Assembly (NCBI GenBank): GCA_963727505.1
Contig: CAVSGP010000005.1
Span: 230,074 to 294,073, forward strand
Direction: 5' to 3'
From: an uncultured Trueperaceae bacterium
Lineage (GTDB): Bacteria > Deinococcota > Deinococci > Deinococcales > Trueperaceae
DNA length: 64,000 bases
Part shown: in pieces, positions 54,068-64,000 of the stretch
Numbering within the stretch: the first letter of the stretch is position 1
Layout of the letters: each line of letters begins with the position of its first letter
Notes under the pieces: model-generated
The model's input: the letters and a program-made list of their open reading frames with translations, nothing else
The model's database searches: none
What the model was told of the DNA's origin: nothing
Program-made: the position numbers and the translations under genes

Positions 54068-54340
54068 GCGACGGGTGGCGAAGCGGACCCAGCGCCGGCC
54101 GGGCGGCCCTGCGCGCCGAGTGGCGCCGGGGCCGCCCGGCCTCCATGGTGTTCCCGATCGCCTTGGCGGGGATGGCCGGTGCATGGGCCGGGGTGACGCC
54201 AGTTGCATCGGGGGGCGCGGTTGGGCTAAGATTGTCAGGCTGTGCGCTCGTGGGCCGCCCATCCGCGCAAGCGGAGGCAGATCAGCGGTTGGCAACCCGA
54301 GCGATCCTAGGACGAGACCCCAACCCTGCGGGAGACGACG

Positions 54341-54844
54341 ATGAAGTACAACAAAGGCGCCATCCTGCGCTCGATCGAGCAGCCCTTCATGCGCGACAAC
54401 GTGCCGGACTTCGACAGTGGCGACACGATCCGCGTCGACTACAAGGTCGTCGAAGGCAACCGTAGCCGCATCCAGGCATTCGAAGGCGTCGTCATCGCCA
54501 AGAAGAACGGCAAGGGCGCGCGCTCGAGCGTGACGGTTCGCAAGGTGTCGTTCGGCGAGGGCGTCGAGCGCGTCTTCCCGATCCACTCGCCGCTGATCGA
54601 CCAGATCGTGGTGGTGCGGCGCGGCCGCACCCGGCGCGCGAAGCTCTACTACCTGCGGAATCTCCGCGGCAAGAAGGCGCGTCTGCGCACCGACACGGCC
54701 CGTCAGGAAGTGGACCGCGCCGCTGCCCGCGCTGCGCGCGAGGAGCTGAAGAACGCCGCCGCCAAGGGCGAGACCGCCGCCGAAGCGGGCGGCAAGAGCT
54801 CGGGCAAGAGCACGAGCGGCAGCAAGAAGTCCAAGACGAAGTGA
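54341..54844 (+). CDS. rplS: 50S ribosomal protein L19
   Basis: [17 protein letters not shown] and RRAKLYYLR motifs. Confidence 0.98.
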   Translation: MKYNKGAILRSIEQPFMRDNVPDFDSGDTIRVDYKVVEGNRSRIQAFEGVVIAKKNGKGARSSVTVRKVSFGEGVERVFPIHSPLIDQIVVVRRGRTRRAKLYYLRNLRGKKARLRTDTARQEVDRAAARAAREELKNAAAKGETAAEAGGKSSGKSTSGSKKSKTK

Positions 54845-54869
54845 TCGAACGCGCGGCTTCCGCGCGTTC

Positions 54870-54899
54870 TTGACACCTCGACTACCCGCCGACTATCCT
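54870..54899 (+). promoter_or_regulatory. tRNA promoter
   Basis: TTGACA-18-TATCCT. Confidence 0.65.
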
Positions 54900-54937
54900 T
54901 CTTCTTGCCTGTCTCGGCGGGCGACAATCCATCCCAT

Positions 54938-55038
<101 letters not shown>

Positions 55039-55301
55039 CCATTGCGTCTGAATTCTCGCACACGTGCGAAGGGGAATGTGTGCGAACCGTGTGCGAAATG
55101 GCGTGGTCGTTTCTTGACCCCTCGTCACTCGGTTTGGCGGGTCCGAGGCAATGAGGGAAGGTGATCGGGCGCTTCGGGGCTGCCCCAGCGAAGTACCCCG
55201 GCGCACCTAGGGTGGGGTTGCGTCTGGCCCCCTCGGGGTAGCCTCCAATCTCTTGCGGTTATCGCCATATCGTCAGACAAATCCGGGATATATTCAAGGA
55301 A

Positions 55302-55907
55302 ATGTCTGACGGAATTGACCATGACGGGCTCTACCAGCTTGCCGAGGGGCAAGCCGGTTACTTCACGACGCAGCAAGCGCTCGACGCGGGCATGGATGAC
55401 AGCACGCTCAGCTACCATGCCCGGCCAGGTGGCCGTTACGAGCGCGTTCGATCGGGGCTCTACCGACTGCGCAACTTCCCGTCGAGCCCGCACGAAGAGG
55501 TCGTAGCCTCCTGGCTTCCACTGCGTGATGACGGCGCGGTGGTGTCCCACGAGAGCGCGCTCGAGCTGTACGGTCTGTCCGACATCATCCCGCGAGCGGT
55601 TCATCTCACCCTCCCGCGATCCAAGAGGGGGCACCGGCGGCGGCAGGGGGTACAGCTACACGCCGTCGAGAATCCGCCTGGCCCGACGGAGGTGCGACAA
55701 CTCGGCGCCGTCATGGTGACAACGCCGGAACGCAGCATCGTCGATGCGCTCGCCGCGGGCTCCCAACCTGAACAGATCGAGCTTGCCATCCAGCAGGCGA
55801 TCGAGCGTGGGCTGACGACGCCTGATCGACTGCGCCGCGCAACAAGCGGGCGGTCAACGCGGGTGAGGAAGCAGGTGGATCGAATCCTGGGGGCGCCAAG
55901 CAAATGA
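55302..55907 (+). CDS. abiEi: Type IV TA antitoxin, AbiEi family
   Basis: AEGQAGYFTTQQA wHTH, RSGLYRL, VVSHESALELYGL and VTTPERSIVD motifs. Confidence 0.9.
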   Translation: MSDGIDHDGLYQLAEGQAGYFTTQQALDAGMDDSTLSYHARPGGRYERVRSGLYRLRNFPSSPHEEVVASWLPLRDDGAVVSHESALELYGLSDIIPRAVHLTLPRSKRGHRRRQGVQLHAVENPPGPTEVRQLGAVMVTTPERSIVDALAAGSQPEQIELAIQQAIERGLTTPDRLRRATSGRSTRVRKQVDRILGAPSK

Positions 55908-56791
55908 AGTATGCCTCGGCGGCGGCGTTTCGCGCTGCTCTGGAGCAACGCCTGAAGCACGACGCGGACGGTGATGGAGCCAGGCTGATGCGATTGAGGA
56001 AGCGCGTCGCTTTCGACCGCCTCCTGGTGCGCCTCGAGGCTGTCGCCTCCGGCCGGTGGCTGTTGAAAGGCGCGTATGCGCTCGACTTGCGGATGGGCGA
56101 CCGGTCGAGAACGACGATGGATGTGGACATCGAGTGGCAGGCCGACGCCGACGAGGCGCATGAGGCCCTGCTGGATGCGTCGCAGCATGATGCAGGCGAC
56201 TACTTCGTCTTCGAGATCGAGCGGACGCAGCGAACGCCGGACCAACTCGGCGGAAGCGTGCGGTTCAACGTTCTCGCGAGTTTGGCGGGGCGCTTGTTCG
56301 AGCGGTTCGTCCTGGACGTGGGCTTCAAGCAGAAGGGAAACGAGCCTGTGGGGCGTGTGGCGCTCCCGAACGATCTGGCGTTCGCGGGTGTCGGGTCCGC
56401 CGAGATCGGCGCCATTCCCGTCGAGCTCCAGATCGCGGAGAAGCTGCATGCGTACACGCGAACGTTCGGCGCGAGCCGGAAGAGCAGCCGCACCAAGGAC
56501 CTGGTCGATCTGGTGCTGATCGCTGAGTCGTTGCCTGTGGATGCCGCAGCGTTGCGGAGGGCGATCGAGGATACGTTCGCCGAGCGTGGTACGCACGCCA
56601 AGCCCACCGAACTTCCCGGTCCGCCTGCCGGGTGGGCGCCCCCGTTTCGGGCAATGGCGGGAGCTGTCGGTATCTCGCCCGACTTGGGTGAAGGGCACCA
56701 ATCTGCCGCGGCCTTCCTTGATCCAGTTCTCAAGGGGATCGTTTCGGCCGGCACGTGGAGTCCGATGGACTTGGCTTGGACGAAGACTTAG
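55904..56791 (+). CDS. abiEii: Nucleotidyltransferase toxin, AbiEii/AbiGii family
   Basis: LLKGAYAL, RTTMDVD, AEKLHA and RTKDLVDL motifs; ATGA overlap. Confidence 0.92.
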   Translation: MKYASAAAFRAALEQRLKHDADGDGARLMRLRKRVAFDRLLVRLEAVASGRWLLKGAYALDLRMGDRSRTTMDVDIEWQADADEAHEALLDASQHDAGDYFVFEIERTQRTPDQLGGSVRFNVLASLAGRLFERFVLDVGFKQKGNEPVGRVALPNDLAFAGVGSAEIGAIPVELQIAEKLHAYTRTFGASRKSSRTKDLVDLVLIAESLPVDAAALRRAIEDTFAERGTHAKPTELPGPPAGWAPPFRAMAGAVGISPDLGEGHQSAAAFLDPVLKGIVSAGTWSPMDLAWTKT

Positions 56792-56865
56792 CACCTCGGC
56801 GCCGGACTCGAGTCGGTTCGACGAGTCAGAGGTACTAAGGCATACACTCTGTTCAGGGGCCCCAC

Positions 56866-57798
56866 ATGCCAATACCCGACTATCAGAGCTTCATGCGCCC
56901 GCTCCTGGCCGCGCTCTCGGATGGCAACGAACATCGGGTGCGCGACCTCTACGAAGCGCTCGCCAAGGAGTTCGACCTCACGCAGGCAGAGAGGACGCAC
57001 CTGCTTCCCAGCGGAAAGCAGCCCGTCTATCAGAACCGGATCGGGTGGGCCAAGACCTACTTGGCGAAGGCTGGCCTTGTCTCACAGCCGAAGCGTGGCG
57101 TGGTCGCCATCACCGACGCTGGGCGCGCGGCGCTCGAGAACAACGACATCATCAACAACGATGTCTTGAAGGAGTTCGAGTCCTTCCAGGAGTTCGTTGG
57201 CAAGTCCGCTGCGGGCAACGGTGGGAAGGCGGCCAGCGACAAGCTGGCGGCGCGGCCGGCTGCCTACGATTCGGACGCCACCCCGGAGGAAGTGCTCGAG
57301 AACGTCTACCAAACGCTCAAGAGCAATGTCGCGGAGGAGCTTCTCGACGCCATGCGTGCCACCTCGCCGGAGCAGTTCGAACGCATCGTCGTCGACCTGC
57401 TGGTGGCCATGGGCTACGGCGGCAGCGTCCACGATGCGGGCCAGGCGATCGGCGGAAGCGGCGACAACGGCATCGACGGCATCATCAAGCAGGACCGCCT
57501 CGGTGTAGACAACATCTATGTTCAGGCCAAGCGATGGCAGAAACAGACGCCTGTCGGGAGCCCCGAGATCCGCACCTTCGCCGGAAGCCTCGCCTACCAC
57601 AAGGCGACACGGGGCGTGTTCCTGACGACCAGCGGCTTCACCGAGAGCGCGATCAAGACCGCCAGCCAGCTCGGCAACATCGTGTTGATCGACGGTATGC
57701 GCCTCGCGGACTTGATGATCGAGTTCGACGTGGGGGTGAGCTCGGTCGCTCGATACGAATTGAAGCGCGTCGACCACGACTACATCGAGGGGGAATGA
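56866..57798 (+). CDS. mrr: Mrr type IV restriction endonuclease
   Basis: MPIPDYQSFMRPLL, NRIGWAKTYL and GDNGIDGII...VQAKRW motifs. Confidence 0.95.
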   Translation: MPIPDYQSFMRPLLAALSDGNEHRVRDLYEALAKEFDLTQAERTHLLPSGKQPVYQNRIGWAKTYLAKAGLVSQPKRGVVAITDAGRAALENNDIINNDVLKEFESFQEFVGKSAAGNGGKAASDKLAARPAAYDSDATPEEVLENVYQTLKSNVAEELLDAMRATSPEQFERIVVDLLVAMGYGGSVHDAGQAIGGSGDNGIDGIIKQDRLGVDNIYVQAKRWQKQTPVGSPEIRTFAGSLAYHKATRGVFLTTSGFTESAIKTASQLGNIVLIDGMRLADLMIEFDVGVSSVARYELKRVDHDYIEGE

Positions 57799-58733
57799 TG
57801 GACATCGGTCGTATCGAGAGAGTGGCGCTGCAATCGGTGTGGCCCCATGAGGCCCACGACTTCACCCGGTGGGTGACGGACAACATCGATGTGTTGGCGG
57901 AGGCTTTGGGCCTACAGATAGGAAGCGCGGAGCGCGAGCAGGCCGCAGGTCCCTTCAACGCAGACATCGTCGCGACGGATGCCAGCGGCGATCCGATCAT
58001 CATCGAGAACCAATACGGCAAGAGCGACCACGACCATCTCGGAAAGCTGCTCACGTACATGACGGCGTTCGAGGGCTCCACGGCGGTATGGGTAGTTGAA
58101 GAGCCGAGGCCCGAGCACGTCCGGGCGATCTCGTGGTTGAACGAGGCGTCATCTGGAGCCTTCTTCTTGGTCAAGGTCGAGGCGATCCGTATCGGCGAGT
58201 CTCCGGCGGCGCCGCTGTTCACGCTAATCGTCGGTCCGAGTGATGAGTCCCGACAAGTAGGGATGAAGAAGCGGGAAATTGCGGAGCTCGAGACCGTGCG
58301 GGTTCGATTCTGGGAGGAACTTCTGGATCGTGCGAATCAGGTGTCGCCGCTCCATGCCAATGTCAGTCCGAGCAAAGGCGGGTGGATCGCTGCTGGCGCC
58401 GGCATTGGCGGCGTCGTGTACAGCTATGTCGCCAACCAACACGTGATGCGGGTTGAGCTCTACATCGACACCAGCGATGCGGCGAAGAACCTCGCGATTT
58501 TCGATCGACTCCACCAGCATGCTGAGGCGATAGAGGAGGAGGTCGGTCACGGACTATCTTGGCAGCGGCTCGAGGGAAAACAGGCCTGCCGGATCGCCTG
58601 GGATGTTCCCGCTGGCGGCTATGTGGATGAGGAGAAGTGGCCGACCGTCATCGAAGAGGCCGTCGATGCGATGACCCGGCTCGAGCGCGCAATCCGGCCA
58701 CGCCTCGAAGGTGTGAGGCAGGCTATTCGATAA
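57795..58733 (+). CDS. Putative PD-(D/E)xK nuclease with DUF4268-like C-terminal domain
   Basis: WPHEAHDFTRW, ADIV...IIIENQ, DHDHLGKLLTY, RVELYID and WQRL motifs; ATGA overlap with mrr. Confidence 0.82.
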   Translation: MMDIGRIERVALQSVWPHEAHDFTRWVTDNIDVLAEALGLQIGSAEREQAAGPFNADIVATDASGDPIIIENQYGKSDHDHLGKLLTYMTAFEGSTAVWVVEEPRPEHVRAISWLNEASSGAFFLVKVEAIRIGESPAAPLFTLIVGPSDESRQVGMKKREIAELETVRVRFWEELLDRANQVSPLHANVSPSKGGWIAAGAGIGGVVYSYVANQHVMRVELYIDTSDAAKNLAIFDRLHQHAEAIEEEVGHGLSWQRLEGKQACRIAWDVPAGGYVDEEKWPTVIEEAVDAMTRLERAIRPRLEGVRQAIR

Positions 58734-59143
58734 GACCCCCACCCAAGGGATGTAAGGTCGATCTTGGCGGCCTTCGTAGTGAGACCCGGAGCGTTCGGTT
58801 TACCTGGCAACACTATGGATGAGTCAAGTAGGGGCCAGAGCCGGCGCGCCTCGCCAGCCGCCTCACAGAAGTGAGGGGTTGTTTCGTTTGAAGGAGTCCA
58901 GGATGGCCAGCGAACCTCGAAGAAGGGAGGCTGGCTCTGGTTCAGCATTGGGTGCAAGGAGCCCGTGATCCTATGGCTGTACCCTGGGAGTATTCCGCCT
59001 GAAGGAAGACGCGAGACGAGGCGACACTCGGAGAAGGATGATCAAAGACCGTCCACGGCAAGAACAAGCGATGCCGTACATGTGCGGGGGTGTTTCGTGT
59101 GCGCCATCTTCGGATGGGAGCGTTGGAGGAGGGCTGAGCTTCA

Positions 59144-59797
59144 ATGACAGGTGACCCTATAGCCGCTGCGCTGTCCGAACCCCATCCGGAGGTAGACCAG
59201 GCCTACGCGGCGCGAACGAACCAAGGCTTCCTTCTGCGCGAGGTTGCGCTCGTTGCAGATTTCCTCCTATCCGGCACATCTCAGGCGGAGATCGAGCGCC
59301 TGGTGAAGGAGGAGGACATCTTCCAACTCCGCGCAGCTAGGAGCAGGCAGACCATCCTACGAGCTGTGAAGGAACGCCTTTCGGGCGCCCCCAAGACGCT
59401 GTTAGCGTTTCTATCTGGGGGCAACCTAGACGTGCGGCGCCTGACGAACTTCTATCTGATCCTTCTGCATCACCGCTTGTTGCGAGAGTTCATTGCCGAG
59501 GTGGTGTTGGCCGAGATGAGCCGGCTGGCCACCGTTGTCTCTTCTTCCGAGATCAACGACTTCTTTGAACAGAAGCGCATGCAAGTCCCCGATGTTGGGT
59601 CGTGGAGCGAGCAAACCGTTCAGAAGGCCCGCAGCAACATGCTCAACGTGTGCTCCGCAGCCGGCGTCCTGCGTCCGGTCGACCGCCGGACCTACGAGAT
59701 TCGACCACAACTCGTCCCTGCTGAACTCCGGACTGAGCTCATTGCTGCAGGGCGCGAGTCCTTCTTGCCCCTCCTCCTCGAAGGGGGCAGCGCATGA
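59144..59797 (+). CDS. brxA: BREX protein BrxA (DUF1819-like)
   Basis: DIFQ, LLREF, FF and WSEQTVQK...AGVL motifs; first gene of the brxA-B-C array. Confidence 0.85.
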   Translation: MTGDPIAAALSEPHPEVDQAYAARTNQGFLLREVALVADFLLSGTSQAEIERLVKEEDIFQLRAARSRQTILRAVKERLSGAPKTLLAFLSGGNLDVRRLTNFYLILLHHRLLREFIAEVVLAEMSRLATVVSSSEINDFFEQKRMQVPDVGSWSEQTVQKARSNMLNVCSAAGVLRPVDRRTYEIRPQLVPAELRTELIAAGRESFLPLLLEGGSA

Positions 59798-60381
59798 AGC
59801 AGGCTGACCTCGACGCACGGCTCCGGGCCCTTCCGGCGGCGCTCTCGAATCCCGAATTCCTCGCGAACAAGGGAATCGGGAACGAGATCGGGTTCTACAT
59901 CTTCGCATACGACCCGAAGGATGAGCCGATTGTTGGCGCCTACGTTCCGCGCCTCAAGGCAAGGCTTGAGGGCGCGGAGTATCGCCTGAACGTGATCGAG
60001 TTCAATCTCTACCTACTGATCCTGGACCTGCTTGAGGAACGCGGTCTGCTCGAGCAGACCTTCGAGCTGGAGGCGAAGAAGGGTTCTGCTACGGCAGAGA
60101 AGGCCCTGCGCCGGATCGTGCGGCCAGAGAATCTCATCAAGCTGATCCAGTCTCGGCTTGCAGGGACGAACCCTGACATCGTGTTCCTTACCGGCGTAGG
60201 CGCCGCTTATCCGCTTGTGCGCTCCCACACGGTGCTCAACAACCTTCACTCTGTGATTGACCAGGCTCCGCTCGTCATGTTCTTTCCAGGGTCGTATGAC
60301 GGGCAAGAGCTTCGTCTATTCAACATGCTGAAGGACGACAACTACTCCCGCGCATTCCCGCTGCTGGATACGGTGCCATAG
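59794..60381 (+). CDS. brxB: BREX protein BrxB (DUF1788)
   Basis: GIGNEIGFYIFAYDP, RSHTVLNNL and VMFFPGSYDG motifs. Confidence 0.93.
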   Translation: MKQADLDARLRALPAALSNPEFLANKGIGNEIGFYIFAYDPKDEPIVGAYVPRLKARLEGAEYRLNVIEFNLYLLILDLLEERGLLEQTFELEAKKGSATAEKALRRIVRPENLIKLIQSRLAGTNPDIVFLTGVGAAYPLVRSHTVLNNLHSVIDQAPLVMFFPGSYDGQELRLFNMLKDDNYSRAFPLLDTVP

Positions 60382-60391
60382 GAGGTTTGGG

Positions 60392-63300
60392 GTGAGCCCG
60401 CTTCGTCTGTTTGAAAACGATATCAAGCGTGACATCAACGGCGTCATCAAGGTGGGGCAGCTCACCGAGAAGGACGTCCGCCAAGAGCTCGTGGAATACG
60501 TGCTCACGCGCGAGTTGCGCAAGTACTTCACCGAGTTCTATCAGCGCTACACGGACTCCATGGACACCCCAACCGACAAGACGGGTGTCTGGATCTCGGG
60601 CTTCTTCGGCTCGGGCAAGTCCCACTTGTTGAAGATCCTGGCCTACCTCCTCGAGAACCGCGCAGTAGACGGTCAGAACGCGCTTGGGTACTTCGAGCCG
60701 AAGGCATCGGATGCCATGCTCTTCGGCCGCATGGAGCGAGCGGGCAACGCGCCCAACGACGTCATCCTCTTCAACATCGACTCGAAAGCAGAGGCGTCGA
60801 GCAAGAGCGACAAGGAAGCCATCGTGAAGGTCTTCATGCGAGTGTTCGACGATCACCTTGGCTACTTCGGGGCGTCACCCGAGATCGCCGATTTTGAGCG
60901 GCGGCTCGCGAAGCAGGGAAGATACGAGGCGTTCAAGGAGGCCTACCAGCGGGTTCAGGGGGCGTCGTGGGTCGAAGACAGAGAGAACTGGGACTTCCGG
61001 GAAGACCAGATCACGCAGTGCCTGCAAGAGGTCCTAGATATGACGGCCGAGGCGGCACACAACTTCTTCGACCGGTTCGGAGAAGCCTACACGCTTAGCG
61101 TGGAGGGCTTCGCCAAGATCGTAAAGGAGTACCTCGACAGCAGACCCGCACAATATCGCGTGGTGTTCATGGTCGATGAAGTGGGTCAGTACATCGGCGA
61201 AAACACCGACCTCATGCTGAACCTACAGACGATCGCAGAGGACCTCGGGACCCAATGCGACGGGCGAGCCTGGATCGTCGTGACCTCGCAGGAAGACATC
61301 GACTCGATCACTCAGAATCGTGTCAAAGGGAACGATTTTTCCAAGATCCAGGGTCGGTTCAAGACGAGGTTGAGTCTTTCGTCGGCAAACACCGACGAAG
61401 TCATCAAGCTCCGCCTGCTCGATAAGACCGAAGAGGCCAATCAAGCGTTGCACAAGCTCTTCGAGGAGAAGGACCAGGTGCTTCGCAATCAGATCCGTTT
61501 CTCGGCGGGCACAGCGGACATGCCGGGGTACCGGAACGGCGACGACTTCTCAAAGAGCTATCCATTTGTTCCTTACCAGTTCACATTGCTGCAGAAGGTA
61601 TTCACGCAGATTCGCATCCACGGAGCCTCGGGGAAGCATCTCGCACAGGGCGAGCGCTCCATGCTGGATGCGTTCCAGATTGCGGCGCAACTACTAAACG
61701 ACAGACCGCTTGGATCGCTGGCGCCGTTCCACCTCTTCTATCAAGCGGTGGAAGGATTCCTTGACGCCTCTGTCAAGACGGTGATCACGCAAGCAGTCGA
61801 CAATGCCCGACTGGAGGCCGAAGACCTCGATCTTCTCAAGACGCTCTTCATGATCAAGTACGTCAAGGAGATCAAGGGGACGGCAGAGAACCTCGCGACC
61901 CTCGAGCTGGCACAAATCGATGAAGACCGCGTGAACCTGCAGAAGCGGATCGAAGCGTCCCTCGCCCGCCTCGAGCGGGAAACGCTGATCCAGCGCAACG
62001 GCGACGTGTTCGAATTCCTCACCGACGAGGAGCAGGACGTCGGCCGCGAGATCAAGAACTTCACCGTCAACCCGGGCGAGGTTCCGAACGAGCTCCAGAA
62101 GATCGTATGGGGCGAGATCTACGACACTCGCAAGTATCGGTACGACAAGCGACACGACTACGGCTTCAACCGCAAGCTGGACGGGTCGTGTACGGGGGTC
62201 AAACGGACGACCTGACCCTTCACATCGTCACCCCGGACGGGGACGAGTACGGAGACCTTCGCAACGACAGCGTTGCGCTCATGCGTTCTGGGAACGGCAC
62301 GACAGCCATCGTGCGCTTACCGGATCAGCGCGGTGCGTTCGATGACTTGATTCAGTTCGTCAAGACGGATCGCTACCTCACACAGAAGACCGGAAACGTG
62401 TCGAGCGCCTCCGTGAAGGCAATCCTCCAGGCGCGGGCGGACGAGAATCGCATGCGACGTCAGCGCGTCGTCGATACGCTGAGGAACCTCGTCGTTCATG
62501 CGGACGTGTTCGTGAAGGGCGCGAAGCTGGACCTCAATGCGGGCAGTGCAAAGGATGTGCTGGAGGGCAGCCTTCGGGCCCTGGTCGAGAACACCTTCAC
62601 CAAGCTCGGCTACGTTCAGAGCTCGTTTGACAGCGACGAGGACATCGACGCGCACTTCGCGACGAAACGACCGCTCAGATGCTCGACGGCCAAGATCCAA
62701 ATGCGCGAGCTCAGCAGGAGATGCACCACTGGCTGACGGAACAACAGGCGCGACATCAGACGGTGACGCTTCGGATGCTTGAGGATCACTTCGGAGGAAG
62801 CCCGTACGGATGGGCCAAGCGGGACGTTGATGGTGTTCTGGCAGAGCTGCTTGCTCGTGGTCAAGCAGAGCTGAAGCGTGCCCAAGCGTCCGTAGACCTG
62901 AATGAGCCGGGCCTGATCGGCAAGATGACGTCCAAACAGGGGTTGGACAGCTACACGGTTCGAGTTCCCCGGGTTGTCGATCAGGACGCTTTGCGCGTTG
63001 CGCGCCAACTGGCGCAAGGCGCTCTTGGCTTGCCGACAGTGCCGTCAGAAGCGCAGAAGCTTTACGAGCGATACCGGCAGGTCCTCGACATGAAGATCGA
63101 GAGCCTGCGGCGGAATCTATCGCGGGCTCAGCAGGGTGCCTATCCATTCAAGGACATACTGGAGGCCCACGAGGGTCTCTTGAGCCGGCTCCTTGCCGCG
63201 TCCGGTGCTGCGACGTTCTTTGAAGAACTCAAGACAACAAGGATGCCTTCGAAGACATGGTTGACGAGTCGGCCGTTGTCGAGGCCTTCTATCGGACCAA

Positions 63301-63903
63301 ATCGATCACTTCGATGAAGCGCGTGGGACGCTCGAGGCGCTTGCCCCCGAACTCGAATACGTTGACGACCCCGAACTAAAGGAGAACGTCGACAAGGTCC
63401 GGGAATCCTCCGAAAAGGACGACCCAGCGAACGATATCCCGAGCCTGGCCGGGCTTCTCAAACCCGTGGTCGGCAAAGTGGAGACGTTGCGTGAGCACTA
63501 CAAGGAAGATGCGCTCCAAGCCTGGCAGAGGGCCTGTGACCAAGTCGCGACCCTGGCGACAAAGGAGAGTTTGCCTGAGCCGGATCGTCAGCGACTCCTG
63601 GAACCGATCGAAACCTTGAAGGAGGAGATCTCCAAGGTGGGGTCGATCGACGCGGCAGTTGCCCGCAAGGCGCGCGTAGAACAGGTGAGATACCAGGTCG
63701 AGAAAGCCATTATCGACCGCATCAATGCGCTCGCATAGAATGCTGGCCAAACGGAGGTTCGACCCATCAAGGTCTTCCGGCCTGCGAAGCTGCTTCGAAG
63801 GCGACGCTCGAGACGAAGTCCGACATCGACGCGTACATCGACGGGCTTCGAGGGGAGCTTCATCGTGCCTTCGATGCGGGCAATCGCATTCGGCTGGAGT
63901 CAG
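60392..63903 (+). pseudogene. brxC: BREX P-loop ATPase BrxC, disrupted as assembled (about five frameshifts and one stop)
   Basis: WISGFFGSGKSH and VDEVGQYI motifs; BrxC-like sequence continues across ORFs 62107, 62679 and 63466 to ...AGNRIRLE. Confidence 0.88.
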
Positions 63904-63953
63904 TCCGCAGGTCTGCAAGGCGTCGTTTGCGTAGAGAAAACGGAGGGGATGTC

Positions 63954-64000
63954 GTGGATCGCAGTGCTGTTCGTTCTTTTGCTGTGTGGGCGCGTGGTTT
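63954..64000 (+). CDS. pglX: Probable start of BREX adenine methyltransferase PglX (truncated by the window)
   Basis: GGAGGGG RBS, then MDRSAVRSFAVWARG, resembling the PglX N-terminus; canonical position after brxC. Confidence 0.7.
   Translation, partial: MDRSAVRSFAVWARG

Noticed and set aside
56541..57794. Extension making a 730-aa DUF4268 protein
   Set aside because: It overlaps abiEii and mrr in another frame; there is an RBS and ATG at 57795.
58734..59143. Retron msr-msd or IS remnant
   Set aside because: No reverse transcriptase, transposase or terminal inverted repeats are visible in the window.
63736..63738. Pyrrolysine or read-through at the in-frame TAG in brxC
   Set aside because: It is surrounded by indels and no pyl genes are seen; a base error or decay is simpler.
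63840..64000. BrxC-PglX fusion
   Set aside because: It depends on one base (TCAG vs TAG) in an error-rich stretch, and pglX has its own RBS.

Overview
A GC-rich chromosomal segment, most likely from a Deinococcota (Truepera/Deinococcus-like) bacterium. This is inferred from a GlnRS-YqeY fusion, HAIR-like boxes at dnaK, and many leaderless genes. Bases 1-55013 are core genome: lhgO/yciI, dnaK-grpE-dnaJ, a PPIase, pdxH, an MFS/TetR unit, an AddAB-like helicase-nuclease pair, csp, dodecin, nagA, glnS, rpsB-tsf-pyrH-frr-cdsA, ctaA-ctaB-SURF1, tal, a complete ccdA-ccmABCDEFGH operon ending in a TPR/cytochrome c fusion and a Rieske gene, a TPR-GGDEF cyclase, a LiaFSR-like two-component locus, rplS and tRNA-Ala(GGC). 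Directly after the tRNA a compositionally different defence island begins. It carries an AbiEi/AbiEii toxin-antitoxin pair, Mrr, a DUF4268-type nuclease and a BREX locus (brxA, brxB, a multiply frameshifted brxC and the first codons of pglX). The most notable unexplained signals are an orphan structured RNA candidate between pdxH and yyaL, the AbiE-Mrr-nuclease-BREX island with att-like repeats, and pervasive short tandem duplications. Several frameshifts (rpsB tail, response regulator, brxC) look like sequencing errors. All calls come from reading motifs by eye; no searches or folding programs were run.
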